A stretch of 52,641 nt of DNA from Alphaproteobacteria bacterium (GTDB lineage Bacteria > Pseudomonadota > Alphaproteobacteria > JAAXGF01): assembly GCA_046758065.1 (NCBI GenBank), contig JBHHZM010000002.1:1-52641 (forward strand), given 5' to 3'. Each line of letters begins with the position of its first letter. Positions within the stretch are counted from its first letter, which is position 1. The notes under the pieces were generated by a model, which saw nothing but the letters and a program-made list of their open reading frames with translations, had not been told where the DNA came from and did no database searches. This document shows, piece after piece, positions 1-9,822 of the stretch. Position numbers and translations under genes: made by a program.

Positions 1-317
1 AAGGCGACCTTCTTCTTGCGCTCCTCGGTGATCGACATCGAGGCGATGATGGCGTCGTACTTGCGCGCCAGCAGCGCCGGGATGATGCCGTCCCAGTCCT
101 GCTGCACCAGCGTGCACTGGGTACCGATCTTCTCGCACAGGGCCATCGCGATCTCGATGTCGAAGCCCTTGAGCGTGCCGTCGGGCTCGACCCAGCTAAA
201 CGGCGGATAGGCGCCCTCGACGCCGATGCGGACTTTCTTCCAGTCCTTGGCCGACGCCACACCGGATGTCACGGCGAGCGCCGCCACGGTAAACAACGCA
301 ATAGCTAACCTTCTCAC
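1..317 (-). CDS. Periplasmic substrate-binding protein of a polar amino-acid (His/Lys/Arg/Orn-type) ABC transporter; 3' end runs off the window
   Basis: Hand translation of the minus strand from GTG at 317 gives [65 protein letters not shown]..., a signal peptide plus family-3 SBP motifs. AAGGAGA RBS at 322-330. Absent from the ORF track because no stop lies in the window. Confidence 0.8.
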   Translation of the reverse strand, partial: MRRLAIALFTVAALAVTSGVASAKDWKKVRIGVEGAYPPFSWVEPDGTLKGFDIEIAMALCEKIGTQCTLVQQDWDGIIPALLARKYDAIIASMSITEERKKKVA

Positions 318-375
318 GGCATGTCTCCTTCTCTCTTGAAATAGGATTTCTTTTCCGCCTCCGATCCCGTCCCGG

Positions 376-1146
376 TCACGACAGCATGCCGGCAAGGAAC
401 TGCCGGAACCGCTCCGAGACGGGGTTGTCGAACACCTGCTGCGGCGCCCCGGATTCTTCGACGCGCCCTTCATGCAGGAACATCACCGCACTCGAGACCT
501 CGCGCGCGAAGCCCATTTCATGGGTGACCACGAGCATGGTACGGCCTTCCTCGGCCAGGATGCGCATGACCTTCAGCACCTCGCCAACGAGCTCGGGGTC
601 GAGCGCCGAGGTGGGTTCGTCGAACAGCATCACGTCGGGTTCCATGGCGAGCGCCCGGGCGATCGCGGCGCGCTGTTGCTGGCCGCCCGAGAGATGCGCC
701 GGATAGTAGTCCTTGCGGTCGAACATCCCGACCCGTTCGAGCACGGCCTCGGCGCGCTCGATCGCCTCCTTCTTCGGGACCTTGAGCACGTGGACCGGCG
801 CCTCGATGACGTTCTGGAGAACGGTCATGTGGGACCACAGGTTGAACTGCTGGAACACCATCGCGAGTTTGGCACGGATGCGCACCACCTGCTTCATGTC
901 CTCGGGCGCCGCCGCGCCGGCGCCGTTTCGGCGCATCCGGATCAGCTCGCCGTGGACGTAGACCTTGCCCGAGTTCGGCCTTTCGAGCAGGTTGATGCAG
1001 CGCAGCAGCGTGCTTTTACCCGAGCCGCTGGCGCCGAGGATCGAGATCACGTCGTGCTCGCGCGCCGTCATCGAAACGCCCTTGAGCACTTCGAGCGGTC
1101 CGAAGCTCTTGTGAAGCTCCTCGACGACAAGCACCTCTTCGGCCAC
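376..1146 (-). CDS. Amino-acid ABC transporter ATP-binding protein (HisP/ArtP-like)
   Basis: Walker [10 protein letters not shown], signature LSGGQQQR, Walker [12 protein letters not shown]-loop VTHEM. Start moved to GTG 1146 ([15 protein letters not shown]) behind a GGAGGA RBS; the upstream part of ORF 376..1326 is Arg-rich junk. Confidence 0.9.
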   Translation of the reverse strand: MAEEVLVVEELHKSFGPLEVLKGVSMTAREHDVISILGASGSGKSTLLRCINLLERPNSGKVYVHGELIRMRRNGAGAAAPEDMKQVVRIRAKLAMVFQQFNLWSHMTVLQNVIEAPVHVLKVPKKEAIERAEAVLERVGMFDRKDYYPAHLSGGQQQRAAIARALAMEPDVMLFDEPTSALDPELVGEVLKVMRILAEEGRTMLVVTHEMGFAREVSSAVMFLHEGRVEESGAPQQVFDNPVSERFRQFLAGMLS

Positions 1147-1516
1147 GGCCGACGATCCTCCCCTTGGTCCCTGTGCCCTTTGGGGAAACGTTAGACGGCG
1201 CGCCCGACGAGGGCAAGCGGTTCCGTAAGCGGCCGCCGGCGCCCTCCGCCTTCGCGCCGGGGTCGACCGCTCGACGTTGCCGCGGGGACCGGCGATCCGG
1301 TCGTCGCGCGCGGCGCGCCGGCGCAAGATATTGAATTATAGAAGAAAAATACGATAGATGGTCGACGAATCCAACATACGGGCCCAATAGTCCGATCGCG
1401 TTGCATGTCGCATGAACGTGGTCTAACCTGATGGAAAGCAGGGTTTTGGCCGCGCCCTGGGGCGCGGCGCTTGCGCCGAGGGAAGGTAGGATATTCCCCG
1501 AAGGGAGGTTCATCGC

Positions 1517-2371
1517 ATGAAACGCATTCACAACCTGTTGATCGGAATCACGCTGGGCGTGCTGGGCGCTCTGGTTCTCGCGCCGACCGCTGCCAACGCG
1601 GGCGACGTGCTCGACCGCATCATGAGCAAGGGCGTTCTGGTGGTGGCGTCCGACGCCAACTATCCGCCGCAGTCGTTTCTCGACAAGGACAACCAGCTCA
1701 AGGGATTCGACATCGACGTCGCCAAGGAGGTCGCCAAACGCCTCGGGGTGAAGACGAAATTCGTGACCCCAGACTGGGAGGTCATCGTCGCCGGCAACTG
1801 GGGCAAGCGCTGGGACATCTCGATCGGCTCGATGACGCCGACCAAGCAGCGCGCGCGGGTGCTCGACTTCCCCGGCATCTATTACTACACGCCGGCGGTA
1901 TTCGCCGTGCACAAGGACAACACCACGATCAAGTCGGTCGCCGACCTTAACGGCAAGAAGATCGGGGTGTGCGGCGGTTGCACCTACGAGTGGTACCTCA
2001 AGAAGAACCTGGTGATCGACGCCGAAGGCGCGCCGCCGTTCGAGTATCAGGTCACCGCGGGCGAGATTCGCTCGTATCCGGACGATTCCGCGCCGTTCCA
2101 GGATCTCAGGCTGGGCGACGGCGTGCGTCTCGATGCGGTGTTGTCGGCGATGCCCAACATCCAGGCGGCGATCAAGAACAGCTTCCCGATGAAAATTGTC
2201 GGCAAGCCGGTGTTCTACGAGCCGCTGTCGGTCGCCATCAACAAGGGCGATCCGGAGTTCGCCGCGAAACTTTCCAAGATCATCGCCGGCATGCATGCCG
2301 ACGGCACGCTCACCAAGCTGTCGATGAAATGGTATGACGTCGACCTGACGAAAGCGGCGCCGTCGAGTTGA
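1517..2371 (+). CDS. Amino-acid ABC transporter periplasmic substrate-binding protein (family 3)
   Basis: Signal peptide ending AANA, then a DANYPPQSF...GFDIDVAKEVAKRLG pattern. AAGGGAGG RBS at 1501-1508. Confidence 0.85.
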   Translation: MKRIHNLLIGITLGVLGALVLAPTAANAGDVLDRIMSKGVLVVASDANYPPQSFLDKDNQLKGFDIDVAKEVAKRLGVKTKFVTPDWEVIVAGNWGKRWDISIGSMTPTKQRARVLDFPGIYYYTPAVFAVHKDNTTIKSVADLNGKKIGVCGGCTYEWYLKKNLVIDAEGAPPFEYQVTAGEIRSYPDDSAPFQDLRLGDGVRLDAVLSAMPNIQAAIKNSFPMKIVGKPVFYEPLSVAINKGDPEFAAKLSKIIAGMHADGTLTKLSMKWYDVDLTKAAPSS

Positions 2372-3384
2372 CGGCCCTTCAGGCTGAAAACAGTCGCGTG
2401 ACGGCGGCGCCGGCCGCCGCCACCACCACGGTCTTTGCGGGGCGGCCTTGGATTCCAAGGCTGCTCCTTTTCGTGGCGGTGGCCGGCATCGCTTTCTGGA
2501 TCGACCTTACCGATACCATGCTGGGTCGCGCGCTCGGGCCGGCGCTCGTCAGCGTCACCGGGAGCGCGAGCGGGTGGCTGGCCCGGCTGAATGTCGCCCT
2601 GTTCCTCGCCGCGGTCGTCACCGCCAACGTCGCGATCGTTCGCGCGCTGCCGTTCCTGTGGCAGGTCGGCGTCGTCTGGGCCGAATTGCTGGTCATCTTT
2701 CTGGCGTTCTTCTACTCGTTCAACCTCAGTTTTCCGTTCATCTTCGAACGCATCGGTTTCCTCATCACCCAGGGCGCGGTGACGACGGTCTACATCTCGA
2801 TGGTTTCGATCATCGTGGCTTCGGTTCTCGCAATGGCCGCCGCGCTCGCCCGGCTGTCGTCGAGCGGCCCGGCGTACGGCATCGCGACGTTCTATATCTC
2901 GTTCTTCCGCGGCACCCCGCTGCTGCTCCAGGTCTACATGATCTATCTGGGCCTGCCCCAGCTCGGCCTGTTCCTCGATGCGGTGCCGTCGGGCATCATC
3001 GCGCTCAGCCTGTGCTACGGGGCGTACATGGCCGAGATTTTCCGCGCCGGCATCCAGGGCGTGCCGGCGGGTCAGCGCGAGGCGGCGATGGCGCTCGGAC
3101 TCAAGGGCGGTTTGATCATGCGCAAGGTCGTCCTGCCGCAGGCGATGCGGCTGATCGTTCCGCCCACCGGCAACCAGTTCATCTCGATGCTCAAGGACAG
3201 TTCGCTGGTCTCGGTGATGGGCGTGTGGGAGCTGATGTACCTCGCGCGCACCGAGGGCCGCGCCGAGTTCCGCATCATCGAGATGCTGATCACCGCGGCG
3301 ATCATCTACTGGATCATCTCTTTCACGTTCGAACTGATCCAGGCGCGCATCGAGCGCTATTACGGCAAGGGCGTGAGGGTCTGA
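2368..3384 (+). CDS. Amino-acid ABC transporter permease (His/Glu/Gln/Arg/opine family) with a long N-terminal membrane extension
   Basis: C-terminal two thirds carry FRGTPLLLQVYMIYLGLP and the EAA-like loop (GQREAAMALGL). TTGA overlap with the upstream SBP gene. The first ~120 aa are extra hydrophobic segments, so the start is uncertain. Confidence 0.8.
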   Translation: MTALQAENSRVTAAPAAATTTVFAGRPWIPRLLLFVAVAGIAFWIDLTDTMLGRALGPALVSVTGSASGWLARLNVALFLAAVVTANVAIVRALPFLWQVGVVWAELLVIFLAFFYSFNLSFPFIFERIGFLITQGAVTTVYISMVSIIVASVLAMAAALARLSSSGPAYGIATFYISFFRGTPLLLQVYMIYLGLPQLGLFLDAVPSGIIALSLCYGAYMAEIFRAGIQGVPAGQREAAMALGLKGGLIMRKVVLPQAMRLIVPPTGNQFISMLKDSSLVSVMGVWELMYLARTEGRAEFRIIEMLITAAIIYWIISFTFELIQARIERYYGKGVRV

Positions 3385-3413
3385 CGCCTGCCCGACAACC
3401 GCGGCGCGCCGGC

Positions 3414-5438
3414 TTATTCCTCGGCCTTGGCGCCGTATTCGGCGAGCACCTGATCGGCCTCGCGACCGCTGATCTCGGTCAGGTGGTCGTATTCGAAGAT
3501 ATACCAGCCGACCCCCAGCGTGAGCGAGCGCAGTTCGAGCACGAGGTCGTGCAATTCGGCTTCCGGCATGAAGGATTCGACTTCGTCCCAGCCTTCCCAT
3601 CCGTCCTTGGCGTGAAAGCCGAGAATCTGGCCGCGGCGGCTGCTGATCAGGCCGTGGATTTTCGAGGTCGCGTCGTTGGGCACCGATATCTTGACGTGGC
3701 AGATGGGCTCGAGCAGGACCGGGGAGCACTTCGGCATCGCCTCGGTGAGCGCCACCCGCGCCGCCAGCTTGAACGACTGCTCGTTCGAATCGACCGAATG
3801 GTAGGAGCCGTCGGTGAGCGTGACCGAAACGTCGACCACGGGGAAGCCCAGCGGCCCTTTCTCCAGATATTCCCTCACCCCCGCCTCGACCGCCGGGATG
3901 TACTGTCTGGGCACCGAACCGCCGACGATGGTCTGGTTGAACTCGAAGCCCGTGCCGCGTGGTAGCGGCTTGACGTCGATATGAACGTCGCCGAACATGC
4001 CGTGGCCGCCGGTCTGGCGCTTGAAACGGCCGTGCTGCGAACAGCTCTTGCGGATCGCTTCCTTGTAGGTGACCCGCGGCCGCCGGGTGGTGAGCGTGAG
4101 GTTGTATTTGTTTCTGAGCCGCGCCAGCGCCACCTGGAGGTGGATTTCCCCTTGCCCCTTGAGCACGAAGTCGCGGGTTTCCGGGTTCTGCTCGACGGAG
4201 AGCGACGGGTCTTCCTCGATCACCTTGGCGACCGCCCCCGACATCTTGACCTCGTCGTCGCGCTTCTCGGCGGCGATCGCGAGCGCGTAGACCGCCGGCA
4301 GGGGCTCGGCGCGGGGCAGCGGTTCGGCGGGCGGCTCGTTGCCCGGGATCAGGGTGTCGCCGGTGGCGACGCCTTCGAGGCGGCCGAAGCTCACGACGTC
4401 CCCCGCCGTCGCGCCGCTCAGCTTCTCCTGCTGGACGCCCGTCATGCGGTAGACGCCGCCGACGCGCTCGCCGTTGAGCACGGTGCCGTCGGCTATCTCG
4501 CCGCGCCAGACGCGCGCCAGCGACAGCTTGCCGCCGTGCGGCGTCATATAGGTCTTGAGCACCTGCGCCAGCGGATCGGACGAGTCCGGATCGATGCCGC
4601 GCCGCGCGGCGGTCTCTGCCGCGCTGGGCACGAGGTTGACCATGTGGGTAAGCAACCGGCGCACGCCGTGTTCGTATTCGCCCGATCCGATGAAGACCGG
4701 GGCGACCTGGTTGGCCGCCACCTGGGCACGGAGGTAGTTGCGGATCTCCTCTTCCGAGGGTTGCTTGTCTTCGAGCAGGGCCTCAAGCAGGGTGTCGTCG
4801 AAATCGGCAAGCGATTCGAGCAGTTCGGTGCGCGCGGCGGCACTGCGTTCCGAAACCGAGTCGGGTGCTTCCGTCTCTTCGGACGCGCCGTTCCGCTGGT
4901 AGGCGTACGCCTGCCCGCTGATCAGGTCAACGTAGCCGGTGATTGCGTCGCCCTCGCGGGTCGGCACCTGGTGCAGCACCAGCGGGTGGCCCGAAATGCT
5001 GCGTATCGCGGGGATGACTTCGCGCAGCGTCCGGCTGGCCCGGTCGATCTTGTTGATGAAGGCGAGATTGGGGATGCCGTGGTCGTTGAGGAAGTGGAAC
5101 AGTGGCGCCAGAGTCACCACGCGGTCGGGTTCGGGCTCGCAGACCACGAGCGCGGCGTCGGCCCCCATCAGCGCATTGCGGGCTTCCGCGGCGAACTCGA
5201 TCGAGCCCGGGCAATCGAGGAAGTTGAAGGTGACGCCGTTGTATTCGGCGGTCGCCGCCGAAACCTCGGTGCTCGACTGGCGCTCGCGCGCTTCGGCCGA
5301 GCCGTCGCCCACCGTATTGCCTTCCTTGACGCTGCCCTTGCGGCCGATCGCGCCGCAAGCGAACAACAGGCTCTCGAGAAGCGACGTTTTGCCGCTCATC
5401 GAAGGGCCGACAATGGCTACAGTACGCTTGTCACTCAT
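3414..5438 (-). CDS. Elongation factor G-like GTPase paralogue (divergent G domain)
   Basis: 674 aa with five-domain EF-G architecture (domain IV/V-like HSVDSNEQSFKLAA). G1 GPSMSGKT, G3 DCPGS, G4 NKID. GGGGAGGA RBS directly upstream of ATG 5438. Confidence 0.85.
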   Translation of the reverse strand: MSDKRTVAIVGPSMSGKTSLLESLLFACGAIGRKGSVKEGNTVGDGSAEARERQSSTEVSAATAEYNGVTFNFLDCPGSIEFAAEARNALMGADAALVVCEPEPDRVVTLAPLFHFLNDHGIPNLAFINKIDRASRTLREVIPAIRSISGHPLVLHQVPTREGDAITGYVDLISGQAYAYQRNGASEETEAPDSVSERSAAARTELLESLADFDDTLLEALLEDKQPSEEEIRNYLRAQVAANQVAPVFIGSGEYEHGVRRLLTHMVNLVPSAAETAARRGIDPDSSDPLAQVLKTYMTPHGGKLSLARVWRGEIADGTVLNGERVGGVYRMTGVQQEKLSGATAGDVVSFGRLEGVATGDTLIPGNEPPAEPLPRAEPLPAVYALAIAAEKRDDEVKMSGAVAKVIEEDPSLSVEQNPETRDFVLKGQGEIHLQVALARLRNKYNLTLTTRRPRVTYKEAIRKSCSQHGRFKRQTGGHGMFGDVHIDVKPLPRGTGFEFNQTIVGGSVPRQYIPAVEAGVREYLEKGPLGFPVVDVSVTLTDGSYHSVDSNEQSFKLAARVALTEAMPKCSPVLLEPICHVKISVPNDATSKIHGLISSRRGQILGFHAKDGWEGWDEVESFMPEAELHDLVLELRSLTLGVGWYIFEYDHLTEISGREADQVLAEYGAKAEE

Positions 5439-5676
5439 GCATCCTCCCCAAAGGTTGCGCGGGCCGGCAGGGCCTCACGCGAAGCGATCGGAACCGCAGC
5501 GCCGCCGCGTCCAGACTTTGCCCGCCGCGCGGAACCCGGCGGCGAGGCCGTTATATTTACCCACTCCCGCCGAAAACGCGAGTCCCACCGTTGCGCCGTT
5601 TCGCGCGCCGCGGGCGCTATGGCAGTATAGTCCGCGATCACGCGGCAGCGACGGAGAAGGAGGCGGAAGCGGACCA

Positions 5677-6405
5677 ATGAGTGTTTGGGGAAAAGTCATC
5701 GGCGGGGCCGCCGGCTTCGCCCTCGGTGGCCCGCTCGGGGCGCTTATCGGCGTCGCCGCCGGTCATGCCATGGATCGTATGCGCGGCGCCGCGAAGGTCG
5801 CTCCGTCGGAAGCCAGACCGGTCGCCTTCACCGTCGCGGTCATCGCCCTCGCGGCCAAGATGGCCAAGGCCGACGGCGTCGTCACACGCGACGAGGTCGA
5901 CGTCTTCAAGCGCATCTTCCGCATCCCGCCCGGGGATGTCGGCAAGGTCGGCCGCCTGTTCGACGCGGCGCGGCGCGACGCCGGCGGCTTCGAGCCCTAC
6001 GCCGAGCAGATCGCCCAGATGTTTCGCGACAGCCCGAGGGTTCTTGAGGAACTGCTCGACGGTCTGTTCGAGATCGCCAAGGCCGACAACGTGGTGCATC
6101 CGGCCGAGCTCGACTACCTGCGCCGCGTCGCCGCGCTGTTCGGTTTCGACGAAGCGGCGTTCGAGCGCATCCGCGCCGGCCATCTCGGGCGCGGCGAGGC
6201 CGACGCCTACGAGATCCTCGGAGTCGACTCCGACGCCGGCGACGACGAGCTCAAGGCGGCCCATCGCCGGCTGGCGCGCCAGTACCATCCCGACCGGCTG
6301 ATCGGCGAGGGCCTGCCGCAGGAATTCGTCGACCTCGCCAACCAGAAGCTGGCGACGATCAACGACGCCTACGACCGCGTGCGCCGCGAACGCGACCTCG
6401 GGTGA
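5677..6405 (+). CDS. djlA: DjlA-type co-chaperone (N-terminal TM segment, TerB-like domain, C-terminal J domain)
   Basis: MSVWGKVIGGAAGFALGGPLGALIG membrane anchor. C-terminal J domain AYEILGVDSDAGDDELKAAHRRLARQYHPD with the HPD motif. In-frame ATG at 5677 downstream of GAAGGAGG. Confidence 0.85.
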   Translation: MSVWGKVIGGAAGFALGGPLGALIGVAAGHAMDRMRGAAKVAPSEARPVAFTVAVIALAAKMAKADGVVTRDEVDVFKRIFRIPPGDVGKVGRLFDAARRDAGGFEPYAEQIAQMFRDSPRVLEELLDGLFEIAKADNVVHPAELDYLRRVAALFGFDEAAFERIRAGHLGRGEADAYEILGVDSDAGDDELKAAHRRLARQYHPDRLIGEGLPQEFVDLANQKLATINDAYDRVRRERDLG

Positions 6406-6500
6406 GGCGTGGCGCCGCCGCCCCTGGTCACGCTTGCCGGTGAGGTACTGTATAGTCGCCGGGTGACGTCCGCCTTTCGCCCACGCGCCCATACGACGCC

Positions 6501-7226
6501 ATGACCGATCGTCCTTCGCCCAACCACGACGCGCGGCCCGAGGGCGTCGCCGTCGACGTGCTGGTCCTGCACTACACCGGCATGGAAAACGCCGAGACGG
6601 CGCTAGCGCGCCTTTGCGACCCGGCCGCCCGGGTCAGCGCCCACTACCTCGTCGACGAGGACGGTACGATCTTCCGTCTGGTCGCGGAATCACGCCGGGC
6701 ATGGCACGCCGGGGTGTCGTTCTGGCGCGGTTGTGACGACGTCAATGCGGTGTCGATCGGGGTCGAGATCGTCAATCCCGGCCACGAGTTCGGCTACCGC
6801 CCCTATCCCGAAGCGCAGATGGCCGCGGTCGAGGCGCTGTGCCGCGACATCGTCGCCCGCCACCCGATCCCCGCCCGCAACGTGGTCGGCCATTCCGACG
6901 TGGCGCCGGGCCGGCGCGCCGATCCGGGCGAACTGTTCGACTGGCCGCGCCTCGCCGCGGCGGGCGTCGGTCTGTGGCCCGAGGACAACCCGGTGCGGGG
7001 CGAAATGGGGCTCGCGCTCGCCCGCGGCGACGCCGGGCGCGCGGTGGCCGACGCGCAAGGAGCGCTCGCCGAATTCGGTTACGCGGTTCCCCGCCACGGC
7101 GCTTACGACGAGGCCACGGCCGATGCGGTGGCCGCCTTTCAGCGCCACTTCCGGCCCTGCCGAGTCGACGGCGTTCTCGATCCCGAGACCGCGCAACGCC
7201 TGTTCGCCGTGCTCGCCCGCGCTTGA
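6501..7226 (+). CDS. N-acetylmuramoyl-L-alanine amidase (AmpD/AmiD-like, amidase_2) with C-terminal peptidoglycan-binding repeat
   Basis: LVLHYTGM...SAHYLVDEDG...AWHAGVSFW...VGHSDVAPGRRADPG matches the amidase_2 zinc-site pattern. The C-terminus resembles PG_binding_1 (AVAAFQRHF). Confidence 0.85.
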   Translation: MTDRPSPNHDARPEGVAVDVLVLHYTGMENAETALARLCDPAARVSAHYLVDEDGTIFRLVAESRRAWHAGVSFWRGCDDVNAVSIGVEIVNPGHEFGYRPYPEAQMAAVEALCRDIVARHPIPARNVVGHSDVAPGRRADPGELFDWPRLAAAGVGLWPEDNPVRGEMGLALARGDAGRAVADAQGALAEFGYAVPRHGAYDEATADAVAAFQRHFRPCRVDGVLDPETAQRLFAVLARA

Positions 7227-7260
7227 CGCGGCGGGGCCGGCTGCGTACCTCTAATAACGA

Positions 7261-7667
<407 letters not shown>

Positions 7668-7919
7668 GCCGATTCCGTTCCTGCTTCCGCCACCGGGATG
7701 AATCGCCCGGATGTCCCGATGTCTCGGGGGCCATGCGCGGCCGCCCGGATGTCGGGCGCTATGCTCGCTCTTGCCTGGTTGAGAACATTAGATGAACATA
7801 AATTCGCCACATTTTGCTGCCAGGTTCAAAGGAAAACGCGGGTCATTGCACGCGATCGACTTTGTTCACACGACGTTCTCAAAGAAACGCGTCTTAGGAA
7901 ACGAGTGAAAGTCCTTGCG

Positions 7920-7935
7920 TTAAGGAAATATTAAC
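7920..7935 (+). promoter_or_regulatory. Full-consensus CtrA box TTAA-N7-TTAAC upstream of the dcw promoter region
   Basis: Sequence TTAAGGAAATATTAAC read directly. It lies in the low-GC spacer, 13 bp upstream of a TTGACG -35-like hexamer. Confidence 0.5.
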
Positions 7936-7947
7936 TAGTCTGCGGCA

Positions 7948-7990
7948 TTGACGCCCATGATATCCCATGGTATCCCATACAGTCCCAATC
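7948..7990 (+). promoter_or_regulatory. Putative Pmra promoter overlapping four 10-bp-phased direct repeats (candidate MraZ operator)
   Basis: TTGACG (7948-7953), 17-nt spacer, TATCCC (7971-7976). Four phased repeats: acGCCCATga / taTCCCATgg / taTCCCATac / agTCCCAAtc (7951-7990), which read TGGGA on the opposite strand. Confidence 0.5.
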
Positions 7991-8072
7991 TGTTCGCGCA
8001 TCGGGCATGGTGGGACGGGGCAGGGGACGGTTGCCGCGGGAGACCGGCAGCCCGAAACAGGGGAGTGGCCGC

Positions 8073-8546
8073 GTGGCGTTGTTTCTGTCCACGTTCGTCA
8101 ACAAGATCGACCGCAAGGGGCGCGTCTCGGTGCCGGCGAGTTTTCGCGCCGCGCTCGCCGGTCAGGGCTTCCCCGGCATCGTCGCCTTCCCGTCGTTTCG
8201 CGACAGCTACAACGCCATCGAGGCCTGCGCCATGGACCGCATGGAGCGCCTGAGCGCGAGTCTCGACCAGCTCAATCCCTTCTCGGACGAACACGACGAC
8301 TTCGCCAGCGTCATCTTCGGCGCTTCGGCGCAGCTGCCCTTCGACGGCGAAGGCCGCATCATCCTGCCCGAGGCGCTGCGCGCCCACGCGACGATCGTCG
8401 ACCGGGCGGCGTTCGTCGGCCGCGGCGCGACCTTCCAGATCTGGGAGCCCGCGGCGCTTGAGGCCTTTCAGGCCGAGGCCCGGCGGCGCGCCAGCGAGGC
8501 GCGCGCGCGCTTCGAACTCGGACCGTCGGGAGGTGAGCGCGGATGA
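8073..8546 (+). CDS. mraZ: Transcriptional regulator MraZ
   Basis: [25 protein letters not shown] is the typical MraZ N-terminus, with a second SpoVT/AbrB-like repeat ([12 protein letters not shown]). GTG 8073 follows a GGGGAG RBS; upstream residues of the ORF 8007..8546 are not conserved-looking. Confidence 0.9.
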   Translation: MALFLSTFVNKIDRKGRVSVPASFRAALAGQGFPGIVAFPSFRDSYNAIEACAMDRMERLSASLDQLNPFSDEHDDFASVIFGASAQLPFDGEGRIILPEALRAHATIVDRAAFVGRGATFQIWEPAALEAFQAEARRRASEARARFELGPSGGERG

Positions 8547-9511
8547 ACGGCGCCGCGACAAGCGACGGCGGACACCGCCCGGTGTTGCTGAGCGAGATTC
8601 TCGCCGCGCTCGCGCCCCGCGACGGCGGTATCTACGTCGACGGCACCTTCGGCGGCGGCGGCTACAGCCGCGCCCTGCTTGCCGCGGCCGAGTGCACGGT
8701 GTGGGCGATCGACCGCGATCCGGAAGCGCTCGCCCGCGCCGCCGCGCTGATCGACGCGTTCGCGCCCCGCCTCGGCGTCATCGCCGGACGCTTCGGCGAG
8801 ATGGACCGATTGCTCGCCGCCCGCGGCGTCTCCGCGGTCGACGGCGTCGCACTCGACCTCGGCGTTTCGTCGCAGCAACTCGACGATCCGTCGCGGGGCT
8901 TTTCGTTCCGGCACGACGGCCCCCTCGACATGCGCATGGAAAGCGCCGGGCACACCGCGGCCGAGGTGATCAACGAGAGCGGCGAGCAGGCGCTCGCGGC
9001 GATCATCTTCAATCTTGGCGAGGAGCGCCGGGCGCGCCACGTCGCCCGGGCCATCGTCGAGGCGCGCGGCGAGCGGCCGATCACCCGCACCGGCGAACTC
9101 GCCGCCATCGTCCGTCGCGTCGTCAGGCCGGCGGCCGACGGCATCGACCCGGCGACCCGGACGTTCCAGGCGCTGCGCATCCACGTCAACGACGAACTCG
9201 GCGAGATCGACCGCGGCCTCGCCGCCGCCGAACGGTTGCTCTTGCCCGGCGGGCGCCTTGTGGTGGTGTCGTTCCACTCGCTCGAAGACCGCCGCGTGAA
9301 GCGTTTCCTCGCCGCGCGCTCGGGCCGCGTCCCGCGTCCCAGCCGCCATGCGCCGGTCGTTGCCGAACCCGCCGCGCCCAGTTTCCGGCTGCTTGGCCGG
9401 GGCGCGCGGCGTCCTGCCGCCGGCGAGATTGCGGTCAACCCCCGGGCCCGCTCGGCGCGGCTGCGCGCCGCCGAGCGCACCGCCGCGCCGGCCTGGGAGA
9501 CGGCGGCATGA
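8543..9511 (+). CDS. rsmH: 16S rRNA (cytosine1402-N4)-methyltransferase RsmH
   Basis: [10 protein letters not shown]...[11 protein letters not shown]...[13 protein letters not shown]...[15 protein letters not shown] overlap with mraZ. Confidence 0.95.
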   Translation: MNGAATSDGGHRPVLLSEILAALAPRDGGIYVDGTFGGGGYSRALLAAAECTVWAIDRDPEALARAAALIDAFAPRLGVIAGRFGEMDRLLAARGVSAVDGVALDLGVSSQQLDDPSRGFSFRHDGPLDMRMESAGHTAAEVINESGEQALAAIIFNLGEERRARHVARAIVEARGERPITRTGELAAIVRRVVRPAADGIDPATRTFQALRIHVNDELGEIDRGLAAAERLLLPGGRLVVVSFHSLEDRRVKRFLAARSGRVPRPSRHAPVVAEPAAPSFRLLGRGARRPAAGEIAVNPRARSARLRAAERTAAPAWETAA

Positions 9512-9822
9512 ACGCGCCGTCCAATGTGCTCTGGGTGGCGCTGATCGGCATCGTCGCCTTCGGCCTGTTTCAGCTCAAACACGCGGTGCAGCGCCTCGAG
9601 GACGAACTCGCCGGCCTCAACCGCGAACTCCTCGCCAGCGAGGAAAACATCCACGTGCTGCGCGCCGAGTGGAGTTATCTCAACCGGCCCGAGCGGCTCG
9701 CAGTCCTTGCCGCGCGCCATCTCGACCTCGAGGCCTTGGCGCCGGCGCAGATCGGCGCGGTCGAAGTCCTGCCGTTGCGCGCCGACGTCGCCCGGCTCGC
9801 AAACCCGGAGAAGGCGCCGTGA
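9508..9822 (+). CDS. ftsL: Cell division protein FtsL (alphaproteobacterial type)
   Basis: 104-aa bitopic protein ([19 protein letters not shown] followed by a coiled coil) in the canonical slot between rsmH and ftsI. ATGA overlap upstream and GTGA overlap downstream. Confidence 0.8.
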   Translation: MNAPSNVLWVALIGIVAFGLFQLKHAVQRLEDELAGLNRELLASEENIHVLRAEWSYLNRPERLAVLAARHLDLEALAPAQIGAVEVLPLRADVARLANPEKAP

